Source: Bdellovibrionales bacterium
Lineage (GTDB): Bacteria; Bdellovibrionota; Bdellovibrionia; Bdellovibrionales; UBA1609
DNA length: 64,000 nucleotides
Assembly: GCA_965261545.1 (NCBI GenBank)
Contig: CBDHDF010000007.1
Location: 448,001 to 512,000 of the forward strand
Direction: 5' to 3'
Below are positions 40,776 to 52,081 of this stretch, one piece after another (position 1 is the stretch's first letter; each line of letters starts with the position of its first letter). Below the pieces are notes generated by a model. The model was given only the letters and a program-made list of their open reading frames with translations, searched no databases and was not told the origin of the DNA. Made by a program: the position numbers and the translations under genes.

Positions 40776-41537
40776 CTACTTTTTTTTCAATCTCATAATT
40801 CTTGTTATAAAACTGGACTCTCCCCGAACTGAAACAGGCTCAACAACAACAACCTCCATCTCCCGAATGACTCCAATATAACCATTGTTCCTGCCTATTC
40901 TCTCATCTTTTTCCAAAATAAAATACTTGTTATCAGGAGACCGAAACATAGCCTTTGGATGGGTGGAATTCCATAAAATGCCAATAAGTTGGATCTGCTC
41001 AATATCCCACTTCCCCAAGGGAATCGACGGACCGGCTCCTTCACCGAATTCTGCCTCCCCCGGTTGAACTTGCTGATAAGGCTTAAAAGGATTTCGCCGG
41101 CCTTCCCCATCATATCTAAAGGGCTGGAGCAATGGGAACACTTCCTGCTCCCAAGCCTGAGCTGGCGAAAGTGAACCTGCCACAGGTCCTCCTCCAGAAG
41201 AAGGAGAAGTGCCCGTTCCGGGGGGGGGTGGAATATCTGTGCCAGGCGGAAGAGGCACGCCTCCTTCGGGGGGAGGCTCATTGGAAAAATCTGGCGGAGA
41301 AGGAGGAGGCACGCCTCCGCCGGGGGGAGGCTCATTGGAAAAATCTGGCGGAGGTGGAGGAGGCTCATTGGAAAAGTCTGGCGGAGGTGAAGGAGGCACG
41401 CCTCCGCCCGGGGGAGGCTCATTGGAAAAGTCTGGCGGAGGAGGCAAAGGGTCTTCCTCCTGTTGAGCCACAAGCTCACAAATTCCTAAAAATAAGAGAA
41501 GAAATGAAAGTGCAAAGGTCCACAAAATCGACCTCAT
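40776..41537 (-). CDS. pilP: type IV pilus protein PilP
   Basis: RRNPF, LIGILW, IGRNNG; position between pilO and pilQ. Confidence 0.88.
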   Translation of the reverse strand: MRSILWTFALSFLLLFLGICELVAQQEEDPLPPPPDFSNEPPPGGGVPPSPPPDFSNEPPPPPPDFSNEPPPGGGVPPPSPPDFSNEPPPEGGVPLPPGTDIPPPPGTGTSPSSGGGPVAGSLSPAQAWEQEVFPLLQPFRYDGEGRRNPFKPYQQVQPGEAEFGEGAGPSIPLGKWDIEQIQLIGILWNSTHPKAMFRSPDNKYFILEKDERIGRNNGYIGVIREMEVVVVEPVSVRGESSFITRIMRLKKK

Positions 41538-42163
41538 TTCTCCCCCTCTTTTTCTTCTTTCTCTTCTTTACTTGGTATATATGTATACCCCACCACTGTG
41601 GCCGAAAGCTTCACCTCTGAACCACTTGTTCGACTCTCCCCTCGATAAGTCGCATAAGACATATTTTTCACAGTATAAATACGCTCCCCTTGGGTCAACT
41701 GGGCAAGAAAAGACATCATTTGGCCATAGGTGCCCACAAGTTCAATGCCCACAGGAATCTCCACATATAAGCCACTGGACGAATCCACTCGACTTTTACT
41801 ACTAATACTCACAACCTTCGCCCCCACAGCACGGGCTGCCGATGACAAGTTTTTCACCAATTCCGAATCTGTTAATTTCTCAGGAATGTACTTAGCAACC
41901 CTGTTCATACTTTCGCCCATTTCCTCAGCGATTTTGGTAAGCCTACTGGCATCGGTAAAAGTGCCTTCTAAAATTGATATCTCACGACTCATTTTTTTTA
42001 ATTCCTCCTCTGTCGAAGCAATGCGACGTGCCGTCTCTCCCCCATCATTAAAAAGAAGAATATAATAAGCTCCTGCGATACCAAGCCCAATCACCCCCGC
42101 TTTTAACGCCGTCATAGATTGAATTTTTTCAGTCAACCCCACTATGTGTTCTCCAATATGCAA
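41534..42163 (-). CDS. pilO: type IV pilus protein PilO
   Basis: TM + coiled coil; YVEIPV...GTY..FL...ERI; synteny. Confidence 0.88.
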   Translation of the reverse strand: MHIGEHIVGLTEKIQSMTALKAGVIGLGIAGAYYILLFNDGGETARRIASTEEELKKMSREISILEGTFTDASRLTKIAEEMGESMNRVAKYIPEKLTDSELVKNLSSAARAVGAKVVSISSKSRVDSSSGLYVEIPVGIELVGTYGQMMSFLAQLTQGERIYTVKNMSYATYRGESRTSGSEVKLSATVVGYTYIPSKEEKEEKEGEK

Positions 42164-42738
42164 GTCACTGTAAAGGATTTACCCTTTCCCGACCCCAAGG
42201 AAGATTCTATCAAGCGTACAGGAACAATTTTTTGAAAAACTCCCCCCTCTTCCAAACGAGAAAGAAACAAGTTAAAGTCATTGTCGGATAAAGCAACTCC
42301 TTCAAAGCTAAATTTTTTATTCACATAGTTCAATCGGGTAAACCAAACACGATCGGGAATAATGGTCTGCAAATAATCCAAGGCTTTGAGTTCGAGCAAC
42401 CTCGACTTAGCAAGCTCTTTGAGAATATTCATTTTTTCTTCAAGAGAACTCACTCTCTTCTGAGCCTCTTTGGCCTTATCTGCATTCTTTTTTAGTTTCT
42501 CAAGCTTCTCCCGTGAAACATTCAAAAGATTATTCTTATTCTGATAAGTCACCTCAAGACCAACCAAACCCCAAAACTCATAAAAATACAGAGCCCCCAC
42601 AATCCCCAGAAGAAGAGTCATGTTTACAAGGAGACTGGTGCGACTATCTCCACCACCCACTGAGGCCATAGAGGTACTTAATGTTGCATCTGCTTGACGG
42701 GCGGACACTCGGCCCCTGAGAAGGTTGACCCTAATCAT
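42142..42738 (-). CDS. pilN: type IV pilus protein PilN
   Basis: MIRVNLL N-terminus, TM, IPDRVW. Confidence 0.9.
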   Translation of the reverse strand: MIRVNLLRGRVSARQADATLSTSMASVGGGDSRTSLLVNMTLLLGIVGALYFYEFWGLVGLEVTYQNKNNLLNVSREKLEKLKKNADKAKEAQKRVSSLEEKMNILKELAKSRLLELKALDYLQTIIPDRVWFTRLNYVNKKFSFEGVALSDNDFNLFLSRLEEGGVFQKIVPVRLIESSLGSGKGKSFTVTCILENT

Positions 42739-43790
42739 GTTGTATCACCTAGCTCCCTCAACCCTAAACCAATAGCAATGGCTCCAAAATCCCGAGCTTG
42801 CTCAACCATATCCACTCCAAGAGCTTTTCCACACTTGATATGATTGAAAGGGTTTAATCTCACAGCCCCATAGGCATCTTTCATATAGGATTCGAGGCCA
42901 AGAGTTCGGCTCCCTCCCCCAGAGATATAACTCTCCTTCAACTCTTGGGAGCCCGTCCCCATATTGGCAAAAAACTCCATGGCGGATCTCAATTCTTCAA
43001 GAACCACCTCGTGGGTGGAGCCAATCACAGAAATGGCTTCATCAGGCGTCGCCTGGCCCATGGAAGCACTCATTTTAATGGACTCGGCCTCTTCCATGCT
43101 AATGCCCATGGCTCGATGCAAAGCTGAAGTATAAGCAGCTCCCCCAATGAGCATATCCCTAGAAAAGACAACCTGTCCGTTTTCTATAACTACAAAGTTG
43201 GTGGTGGTGGAACCAATATTAAAAAGACCAATGGGACCTGATTGAGGAACCCCACCATAATTCTTCTCAAAACAATTGGCTAAAGCGAAGCCCTCAACAT
43301 CTAAAATGCGACAACTAAGGCCCGACATCTCCACAGCTTCAGCCAACTTAAAAATAGACTCTTGCATAGCAGCGACAAGCAATATCTCCATATTGTCATC
43401 ACCCACAGTCCCTGAAGGTTCTAGTATTTTATAATCAATATTGACTTCGTTAATATCAAAGGGAATGTACTGTTCGGCCTCCCAGCGTATTTGCTCACTC
43501 ACCAAGTTTTCTTCCATACTTGGCATTACAATGCGTTTCACCACCACTGATGAGCCCCAAATTCCTGCCGCCACCAGTTTTCTCTTTGATTTGAGGTCAG
43601 CAAAAGCCTGCCTCACCACATCGGCGATAAGTTCTCCCTCGGCAATCGCCCCATGAACCATGGCTGCGGGCGGTGTCGGCACCATGCTAAAGCTATTGAG
43701 AATCACTTGACGAGAAGAGACATCGAGTTCGGCCAGCTTGACAGAACTTGTACCAATGTCTAAACCTATGAGCTTTTTCTTTCCAAACAT
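42735..43790 (-). CDS. pilM: type IV pilus protein PilM
   Basis: GLDIGTSSVK, WEAEQYIPF, SGGGS, AIGLGLR. Confidence 0.93.
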   Translation of the reverse strand: MFGKKKLIGLDIGTSSVKLAELDVSSRQVILNSFSMVPTPPAAMVHGAIAEGELIADVVRQAFADLKSKRKLVAAGIWGSSVVVKRIVMPSMEENLVSEQIRWEAEQYIPFDINEVNIDYKILEPSGTVGDDNMEILLVAAMQESIFKLAEAVEMSGLSCRILDVEGFALANCFEKNYGGVPQSGPIGLFNIGSTTTNFVVIENGQVVFSRDMLIGGAAYTSALHRAMGISMEEAESIKMSASMGQATPDEAISVIGSTHEVVLEELRSAMEFFANMGTGSQELKESYISGGGSRTLGLESYMKDAYGAVRLNPFNHIKCGKALGVDMVEQARDFGAIAIGLGLRELGDTT

Positions 43791-44019
43791 GACAACACCC
43801 ACGCAAATCAGCACTTCTATTGGATAACTCATACTGAACTTCTTTTTCAGTCACTCACAGAACTCCCATTTAACAAAACTGAGAAGTTCAACAAACCTTA
43901 CAAAAATTAAATCGAATTCGACATGAAATGTCAAACCCTAGTTTTCATTGATTTTTTTTAAAAGCTCAGGCCACCAACTTAAGTAGAGAAACATCCAAAA
44001 ACATTGCAAAAAAATACTC

Positions 44020-44817
44020 TTACAGCAAAATAAAAACACCCCAGTACCACTCCATGATTTGCTCTCCCCAAAACATATACAAAAGAGCACCAAGGGCTAG
44101 GTACGGACCAAAGGGAATCTTTGTTTGCAAACCTTGCCTTGTCTTCATGGAGACAACAAGACCAACAATTCCCCCTGACAAAGAAGCTGCTAAGATGACA
44201 AAAGGAATTCCCTTCCAACCCAACAAAGCACCGATCCATGCCAAAAGTTTAATATCTCCTCCCCCCATCGCCTCCACTCGTTTCCAAGCATAATAAACAT
44301 AAGCCACGCTCCACAAACTCCCCCCACCCAGTAAAAAACCCCATAGAGCATCCCAAAAAATCCTATCAGGATTGATCCAGGCTCCTAACAAACCTAGGAT
44401 AATACCTGAAAGAGTAAAAACATCGGGCAAGATATAGTGATCAAAGTCAATAAAACTGGCTGTAACTAGACAAAAAATAAAAACCAAAGCTTCTAAAGTA
44501 AACCACTGCCAACCATACCAGAAAAAAGTGTAAGCAAAGAGAATTCCCATGAGGCATTCCACCACGGGGTATTTCCAAGAAATAAATGTGCGACAATAAC
44601 GACACTTCCCAGCGAGGATCAACCAGGAAAAAACAGGTATATTATCAAACCACCGCACAAGTCTGTTGCAAGAACGACAAGCGCTTCGAGGCCGAATAAC
44701 ACTCTCTCCACGAGGAAGACGCACGATGACCACATTGGCAAAACTTCCCAACAACGCACCTAGAAGACCAAATATTGCAACAATAAATGCCTCTGGTAGA
44801 ATCTGAAGACCTCCCAT
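44020..44817 (-). CDS. pilD: prepilin peptidase
   Basis: GSFANVVI.RLP, CxxC pairs, DFDHYILPD, MGGGDIKL, IPFGPYL. Confidence 0.95.
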   Translation of the reverse strand: MGGLQILPEAFIVAIFGLLGALLGSFANVVIVRLPRGESVIRPRSACRSCNRLVRWFDNIPVFSWLILAGKCRYCRTFISWKYPVVECLMGILFAYTFFWYGWQWFTLEALVFIFCLVTASFIDFDHYILPDVFTLSGIILGLLGAWINPDRIFWDALWGFLLGGGSLWSVAYVYYAWKRVEAMGGGDIKLLAWIGALLGWKGIPFVILAASLSGGIVGLVVSMKTRQGLQTKIPFGPYLALGALLYMFWGEQIMEWYWGVFILL

Positions 44818-45584
44818 CAAGCGAAGTCTTTTTTGCTGAGAATAAGAGTTGCACCTAAGATGAACATCGTTCCCCAAGCCAAAACACTGAAGCTTGCAAG
44901 CCCCACTTGCCCCCAGGGAACTTCGCTGGAATATATAAAGATGGATCTCCAATTGTACCACTCAAGGTTGGGAACAAGAGCCAAAACAACTTTCCCAAAG
45001 TAGTAAAAAGCCATGGATTCGCTGGCCTCAGAAAAGTGCTTGAGGCTATTGAGCCAATGACCAATGAGAAAAAAGCCTCCGGCAAAAGTGACCACCATGA
45101 TGGGCCGGGTAAAACAACTGAGCATCACTGTCATGGAGAGAAGAACACAGGACTCCAAAAAAATCCCAAACAAACCTACAAAAAAACGAATATTGATGGA
45201 GACATCTAGCTTCCAAAAAATAAAAAATAGCACGAGCGAGAGACCCAACATCATCGTAAAAATCACCAACAACAGCCCCACATATTTACCGGCAATAAAT
45301 TGCACCTTTGTAATGGGACGAACTAAAATTGTAAATATGGTTTTTTTTTCTATTTCTTTGGCCACAAGGGTGCAGCCCACAAAAATGGACATCACCATGA
45401 CACTTAGATGAATGGCTGTAAAACCAAAGTTCGCCGAAATACGACTCTGCTCAGCGTAACTCAATTGACCAAGGGCGAGACTTAAACCAATAAGCAACAC
45501 GGCAAAGACCACCAGTCCATAAAGAATGCGGTCACGAATAATCTCTCGATAAGTGTTTAAAGCGATCATAAAAATGGAGTGCAT
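44817..45584 (-). CDS. pilI: ABC permease (PilI-like)
   Basis: Multi-TM; EIEKKTI..RPI..GKY; Myxococcus-type pilHI-pilD order. Confidence 0.75.
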   Translation of the reverse strand: MHSIFMIALNTYREIIRDRILYGLVVFAVLLIGLSLALGQLSYAEQSRISANFGFTAIHLSVMVMSIFVGCTLVAKEIEKKTIFTILVRPITKVQFIAGKYVGLLLVIFTMMLGLSLVLFFIFWKLDVSINIRFFVGLFGIFLESCVLLSMTVMLSCFTRPIMVVTFAGGFFLIGHWLNSLKHFSEASESMAFYYFGKVVLALVPNLEWYNWRSIFIYSSEVPWGQVGLASFSVLAWGTMFILGATLILSKKDFA

Positions 45585-45632
45585 AATAAAAAACCTACCT
45601 TATTTCAAACTCTCAACCTTTACGCCCCATGC

Positions 45633-46523
45633 TTATGGTCCATGCTTATGGTCCATAGTCAGTTCGACAAAAGCCTCTTCAAGACTCTTTTTTTGTACAT
45701 GAATTCTTTCAATAACAAGATTCTGCCCACGAAGTTTGTCGATGCTTCTTTGAACTTCTTCTTGAGAGACGACCACCTGAGTTTTTCTCTCCCCATTTTC
45801 CAAAAAAGTGACCACTCTCTTTGAACTCAATTGCAAAAGAAAGCTCTCCATACTCCCATTAAACTCAACCGCACCCTTTTTAAGAATGACGAGGTTCTGA
45901 CACAATCTCTCCGTATCGTGCAAGAGGTGGCTGCTAAAAAATACAGCCGTTCCCTGCCTGGCCGTCTCCTGAATGATTTCACTCAAATAATAACGACCAT
46001 CGGGATCAAGACCCGCCATGGGTTCATCGAGAATAATAAAGTCAGGCTTGTGGATAAGCGCCTGGGCAAGACCAATTTTTTGTAGCATCCCCTTGGAGTA
46101 GGAGCGAAGAGGCTTATCTTTGGCATGGGTGAGATCCACCTTGGCCAAGAGAACTCGAATCCTCTCGTCGACCTCCCGACGAGATAGCTTCCCATCCATG
46201 CGGCCATAAAATCTTAAGAACTCAACTCCTGTTAAGTAATCATAAAAATAAGGACGCTCAGGTAAAAAACCAATTCTTGCTCGAACCTCCTTAGTCAATT
46301 TTTGGCCGTTAAAAAATGAAATTTGCCCCTTCTCCCAGTGACAAAGCCCAAGCATACACTTCAAAGTGGTTGTTTTTCCCGCTCCATTTCCACCCAAAAA
46401 ACCCGTAATAACACCTGGTTCGACCTTAAAGCTCACACCCTTGAGAACCTTCTGCCGTCGCCCCCAAAAACCCACTGAATAAGATTTCTCTAATCCTTCA
46501 ATTTCCAAAACATCCATGGACAT
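45633..46523 (-). CDS. pilH: ABC ATPase (PilH-like)
   Basis: GGNGAGKTT, YSKGM, ILDEP, SSH. Confidence 0.8.
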   Translation of the reverse strand: MSMDVLEIEGLEKSYSVGFWGRRQKVLKGVSFKVEPGVITGFLGGNGAGKTTTLKCMLGLCHWEKGQISFFNGQKLTKEVRARIGFLPERPYFYDYLTGVEFLRFYGRMDGKLSRREVDERIRVLLAKVDLTHAKDKPLRSYSKGMLQKIGLAQALIHKPDFIILDEPMAGLDPDGRYYLSEIIQETARQGTAVFFSSHLLHDTERLCQNLVILKKGAVEFNGSMESFLLQLSSKRVVTFLENGERKTQVVVSQEEVQRSIDKLRGQNLVIERIHVQKKSLEEAFVELTMDHKHGP

Positions 46524-46643
46524 GAAGATATTGTAATTAGAAATGAGATCAATGTGTACGACACAATTTAAACTTTATAAATTTTTGTGCTCTGCGTAAT
46601 TAAGCCCCCATACAAGAAAGTGGCCCAAAAACTCACAAGAGAT

Positions 46644-47387
46644 TCACAAAGTCTCCGAGTTGCCAGACGAACAAGATGTATGAAAACCTGTATTGACCCC
46701 ACTTTTTCCAAAGGAGTTGGGCTTATCAGTGTAAATTTCTCCTATGGACACATGCTTATAATACTCCACCTTGTAGCGCATACAAAATAACTTATGGACC
46801 AAGCCCCTTCGTGCGGCCTCCAATTCTACTTCATCGGAAAAGCTCTTCAACTGCACCTTCTTAACCTCTTTTTCAATATATCTCACCGCCTGTGGAGGGT
46901 GAAAACAAAAAGAATTTGAAAAAACAAAACCTTCCTGATCAGCAATAAGGCGTGCCTCAAAAATATCACCCTTTGTGAGCCCATGAATAATGGGAGAGTC
47001 TTTGATAGTGAACTTATAACCAGAAAATATGTCTTTGATGTAAAGATCATTTTTCTTCACCTTAAGAAACTCAAATAAGCTACAGCGACTTGTCACCAAC
47101 CTTTCATAAAGATCACTCCAAGCGGGCTTAAGTTTCAAGCCACTCTCCTTAAAGGTCCATTGAATAGGGGGTCTTGCCCAATCACCACAAGGGCGAACAA
47201 ATAAATACCAATCTGTAAATTGAGCCACCTTAACTTCAAAATCTGGTGACATCTCATCAAAATTCCCTGCCCACTCACTAAAAGCCAATTTAGCCATAAC
47301 CGCTTCCTCAACAAAAGGAGGCGAAGAAAAATGCTCCATGACTCTATCTATAATCATTTCATAACCCATTGATAATGGCCCTTTCAC
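46644..47387 (-). CDS. hypothetical protein
   Basis: 247-aa ORF co-oriented between pyrB and pilH. Confidence 0.65.
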   Translation of the reverse strand: MKGPLSMGYEMIIDRVMEHFSSPPFVEEAVMAKLAFSEWAGNFDEMSPDFEVKVAQFTDWYLFVRPCGDWARPPIQWTFKESGLKLKPAWSDLYERLVTSRCSLFEFLKVKKNDLYIKDIFSGYKFTIKDSPIIHGLTKGDIFEARLIADQEGFVFSNSFCFHPPQAVRYIEKEVKKVQLKSFSDEVELEAARRGLVHKLFCMRYKVEYYKHVSIGEIYTDKPNSFGKSGVNTGFHTSCSSGNSETL

Positions 47388-47416
47388 GATCTTTATTTAT
47401 AATTTATTTTTATTCA

Positions 47417-48490
47417 TTACAAATGAGGAAGAAGGACCTTGTCGGCAGCCCCCATAAGTATAGCAATCAAAGCCACCCGGGTCCACATTCCATTGCGCTC
47501 TTGACGCCAGTACATAGCACGAGGGTCATTATCAATCTGTCGATCGATTTCATCTCTTCGAGGAAGAGGGTGCATGATAATACAATCCGAAGCCATCATA
47601 TCCAAGTGCTTTCGAGTCAAAGAAAACGGAGTTATCTTCTCCAAACCTTCACCTCTTCTTTTTCCATCTCTTCTTACATCTTCATCTCTATCTCTCTCCC
47701 TATCCCCATCTTTGCATTCATGATCCTCCATGATCCCATCCTCACTCTGACTCTTATACTCATCTTGAAGACGAGTCATATAAATCACATTGGCCTGGCA
47801 GATAGCTCCTTCAAAATCACAGGTCTCTGTAAAGTCAATTTTGTAACTTTCTAACTCACTTCTAAGATCGCTCTTCATTTTTAAATTTGAGGGAGATACA
47901 AACAACATTTTGATGCTATGAAACTGACACAACATCTTCGCCAACGAACGAACTGTTCTCCCTCGTTGGAGATCACCTACAAAGCAAAACGTCTTTCCAT
48001 CCACCTGGTCTGGCCCCTTAAAACTACGCATAATGGTGTACATATCTAAAACAGCCTGGGTGGGATGCTCGTCAGGCCCACTTCCAGCATTAATAATGGG
48101 CACAGGACGAGGTGTTTGATCTAAATGAGCTGCCGTACGATCACAAAGTCCTGCAACTGGAGATCGCATAATAATCAAATCCACATAGCTAGAAAAAGTT
48201 CGAATGGAATCATGGATATCCTCACCCTTGACCTCGGAACTCGTCGAAGGGTCGCGAATCTCCAAGGGCTGCAAACCAAGAATGTAGCAAGCGGACTGAA
48301 AGGAGAGAAAGGTTCTCGTAGATACCTGAGTGAAATACAGCATCGCTCTCTTATCACTCAACAGACCCCTCAAATAAAGTAACCCCTCCCTGTGCTTATC
48401 AAACTGACGAATTCGATTGGTGAGATGATAAATAAATTCGAGATCCTGCCGGCCAAATTGACTGGCCCTTAGAACATGCTTTAAGTACAA
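47417..48490 (-). CDS. pyrB: aspartate carbamoyltransferase
   Basis: STRT, HPTQA, GDL..GRTVRS, YMTRLQ, HPLPR. Confidence 0.92.
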   Translation of the reverse strand: MYLKHVLRASQFGRQDLEFIYHLTNRIRQFDKHREGLLYLRGLLSDKRAMLYFTQVSTRTFLSFQSACYILGLQPLEIRDPSTSSEVKGEDIHDSIRTFSSYVDLIIMRSPVAGLCDRTAAHLDQTPRPVPIINAGSGPDEHPTQAVLDMYTIMRSFKGPDQVDGKTFCFVGDLQRGRTVRSLAKMLCQFHSIKMLFVSPSNLKMKSDLRSELESYKIDFTETCDFEGAICQANVIYMTRLQDEYKSQSEDGIMEDHECKDGDRERDRDEDVRRDGKRRGEGLEKITPFSLTRKHLDMMASDCIIMHPLPRRDEIDRQIDNDPRAMYWRQERNGMWTRVALIAILMGAADKVLLPHL

Positions 48491-51400
48491 TAGTTCCTCC
48501 TGTTGGTAGATCTTGTGGAGGATGCAGATGGTGTCGTGGAGGGCTCTATGGATTGTATGGATTGTAAAGTTCGCACAGTGAGTGATTCAACTTTTGAATG
48601 AGGTATAGCTTCCAAAGCCAACATCACCGCTTCATGAGTTGAAAAATAAGTGATCCGATTTTCCACCAAAGCACGACGAAAACCTTTGAGTTCCTGACTG
48701 CGATCCGTACAAGCCACAAAGGCAAGCTTTCCCGATTGCATAAATTCACAAAATGACATTCCCAATTTCTTTAAGACCGAACTCAAGGTCCATGAAAAGT
48801 CATGGGATGTCACTTTTTCCATTTCTCCCACGAGCGCCACCTCAAAGCCCAATCCCCTCAAACGAGAAGCCACTTGAAGTCCCATATCTAACTCATCCTG
48901 ACCATAAGCCACACAAGCCCAACCCTCACCTACAAGTCCATTGGATACCGAAAGCTGAGCCTTTGCAAAAGCCTTTCGCCAATCCTTGTCCCATCCCATA
49001 ACCTCCCCTGTGGACTTCATCTCAGGTCCTAAAAGAATATCCGAATGAGGAAACCGAGCAAATGGAAGCTGAACCTCCTTCACAGCATAGTGAGTGGGGG
49101 CGGAAGAATCTGTGGGAGCCCTGGCTGTGGGACCCTGTGGCAAGTGAAACTCCGCAAGCTTGTGGCCCACCATCACCTGGGCCGCCACCTTCACCAAGGG
49201 AATCCCTGTGGCCTTGGCCACAAAGGGAGTTGTTCGTGAAGCCCTGGGATTGGCTTCCAAAACATACAGCTCTTCATCCTTCACCGCATACTGAATATTA
49301 ACCAAGCCCACAGCCCCTAGGGCCTTTGCCAAGCGACAGGTACTCTCCTTGATCTCCAACATTATTGAAGTCGAAAGGCTTATGGGAGGAAGCACGCAAG
49401 CCGAATCACCAGAGTGAACCCCTGCGTGCTCCACATGCTCCAACACACCTGCGATGAATACCTCTTCCCCATCGCAAATGGCATCCACATCCACCTCTAT
49501 GGCTTGATTCAAAAAACGCTCGACCAAAATGGGCCCATTCATCACACTCTGACCATGCTCAAACAAATATTTTTCAAGATCCTCATCCCCCTGCAAAACA
49601 GCCATGGCCCGCCCACCAAGAACATGGGAGGGTCTCACAACCGCAGGGTAATCAATCTTCTCTTTGATGGCAGAGACCATGCCATCCAAACCATGGCAGA
49701 TCATGTTCTTAGGTTGCTTTAATCCCAGCCTGAGAATAAGAGGCCCTGAAACCTCTCCCTGTCCTCAGCTAAGTCGATACTCTCCGGAGAAGTCCAAATG
49801 ATGGGAATTCCCTGATCTTGAAGAAAGCCCGCAAGCGCTTAAGGGGTGTCTGCCCCCCCAATTGCACAATCACACCCACAAGTTCACCATTTTGCTGCTC
49901 ACGGCGAAGAATTTCTAAAACATGTTCACGGCTCAAGGGCTCAAAATAAAGCTTGTCCGATGAGTCATAATCCGTAGACACAGTCTCTGGATTGCAGTTT
50001 ACCATGATGGTTTCATAACCTATGGAGGACAGGGCCTGCGCAGCATGAACGCAGGTATAGTCAAACTCGATCCCCTGCCCAATGCGGTTGGGACCACTGC
50101 CAAGAATCACCACTTTACGCCGCCCACTGGGTCCAGCTTCACATTCAGGCTCCATAAAGCCGTTTCCCTCATAAGTGGAGTATAGACAAAAAACAGAGGA
50201 TTCAAACTCAGCAGCACAGGTATCCACGGCCTTGTACACGGGAGAAACCCCCTGTTGATGACGTCGAGCCCTTACATCTTCCTCCGTCAGATGAGTTTCC
50301 ACTCCATGGGTTTTCGTCCCATGGGGCTCCTTGACCTGAGTCAACTGAGCAAGCCGGGCATCAGAAAAACCCATCTTCTTGCACTGCACCCAAGCCGACT
50401 TATCCTTGGGTAAACCACTGCGGAGAATCTGATCTTCGGCTCTCACAATACGCTCAATTTCTTGTAAGAACCACATATCAATGGAGGTGATTTCTTGAAT
50501 TTCCTCCAAAGAAAAACCCTGGCGCATAGCCTCTGCTGTTATAAGAAGGCGATCGGGCACGGGTTGCTGTAAAATGCGGCGAAGAATGGAGCACCTTTCC
50601 TCAGACTGAGTAACCCCCTCTAGTTCCTTTATGGGAGGTGCTCCTAAACCTACAATTTCGGATCTCTCTAGAGAGTCAAAGCCCTTTTGAAGACTCTCCC
50701 CAAAGCTACGCCCTAGAGACATCACCTCCCCCACGGAGCGCATGGAGGTCGATAAGAGAGGAGTTGTATCCATAAATTTTTCAAAATTAAAACGCGGGAT
50801 TTTTGTCACCACATAATCAATGGCAGGCTCAAAGGCTGCCGGAACCAAATGAGTCACCTGATCCCCAAGATGACCCTGATGATTCCCATGGCTATAGTCC
50901 CCCTGACGATCCCCCCCATAGCTCTGAGAACTACAATGATCCTGGTGACCTTGGTGGCCTCGATGCCCCTTAGATGTCTCACCCACAAAACTCCCACCTG
51001 AGGAGGGAAGAGGAGGTTTCTTCACAGCCGAATAGGACAATTCGTCAAGAGTGTAACCAAGGGCGAGTTTTGCCGCCACCTTCGCAATGGGAAACCCCGT
51101 GGCCTTAGAAGCAAGAGCCGATGAACGAGAAACTCTAGGATTCATTTCAATGACAAGCAAACGACCATTCCGTGGATTCACTGCAAACTGAACATTGGAA
51201 CCCCCCGATTCCACACCCACTTCCCTCAGCACAGCAATAGCAGCATTGCGCATGATCTGAAACTCCTTATCTGTAAGGGTCAGTGCGGGAGCGACAGTGA
51301 TGCTGTCCCCGGTATGAATTCCCATGGGATCTATATTCTCAATAGAACAAACAATCATGGCATTATCATTTCTATCCCGAACAACCTCCATTTCATACTC

Positions 51401-52066
51401 TTTCCACCCAAGTACAGACTCATCAATAAGCACTTGGTGAGTGGGGGATACCTCCAAGCCATAGCTGACGATCTCTCGAAGCTCATCCATGTTTTTGGCA
51501 ATCCCTCCCCCTTGCCCTCCCAAAGTAAAGGAGGGGCGAATCACAGCAGGAAAACCAATAAAGCCCACGGCCTCAATGGCCTTCTCCAAAGAAGAAACCA
51601 TGGTGTTCCGTGGAACCTCAAGACCAATGCGAGACATAGCCTTGTTAAACATTTCACGATTTTCAGCCTTTTCAATAGCCTCAGGAGTCGCTCCAATCAT
51701 TTGGACATTGTGCTTTTCAAGCACTCCCAGCCGCACCAACTCCAAGCTACAGTTGAGAGCTGTCTGCCCTCCCACTGTGCTAAGAAGAGCTTCGGGCTTT
51801 TCAATTTCAATGATCTTTTCCACCACTTCAGGAGTGATAGGCTCCATATAAGTGGCATCTGCGACCTCAGGATCTGTCATGATAGTTGCTGGGTTGGAGT
51901 TGATCAAAATAACTCTCAGCCCCTCCTCTCGCAGAGCCTTGCATGCCTGAGTCCCCGAATAATCAAACTCACAAGCCTGACCAATGACAATCGGGCCTGC
52001 TCCCACCACAAGTACCGAGGAAATATCTATTTTTTTATCCACGCTTGGATTCCCTTTTTTGTCCAT
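48481..52066 (-). pseudogene. carB: carbamoyl-phosphate synthase large subunit, frameshifted near 49740-49840
   Basis: [10 protein letters not shown]...GGQTPL in one ORF, missing [15 protein letters not shown] in a second frame, RPSHVLGG...MKSTGEV in a third; may be a sequencing error. Confidence 0.85.
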
Positions 52067-52081
52067 CTTGGGTGCCTTGGT

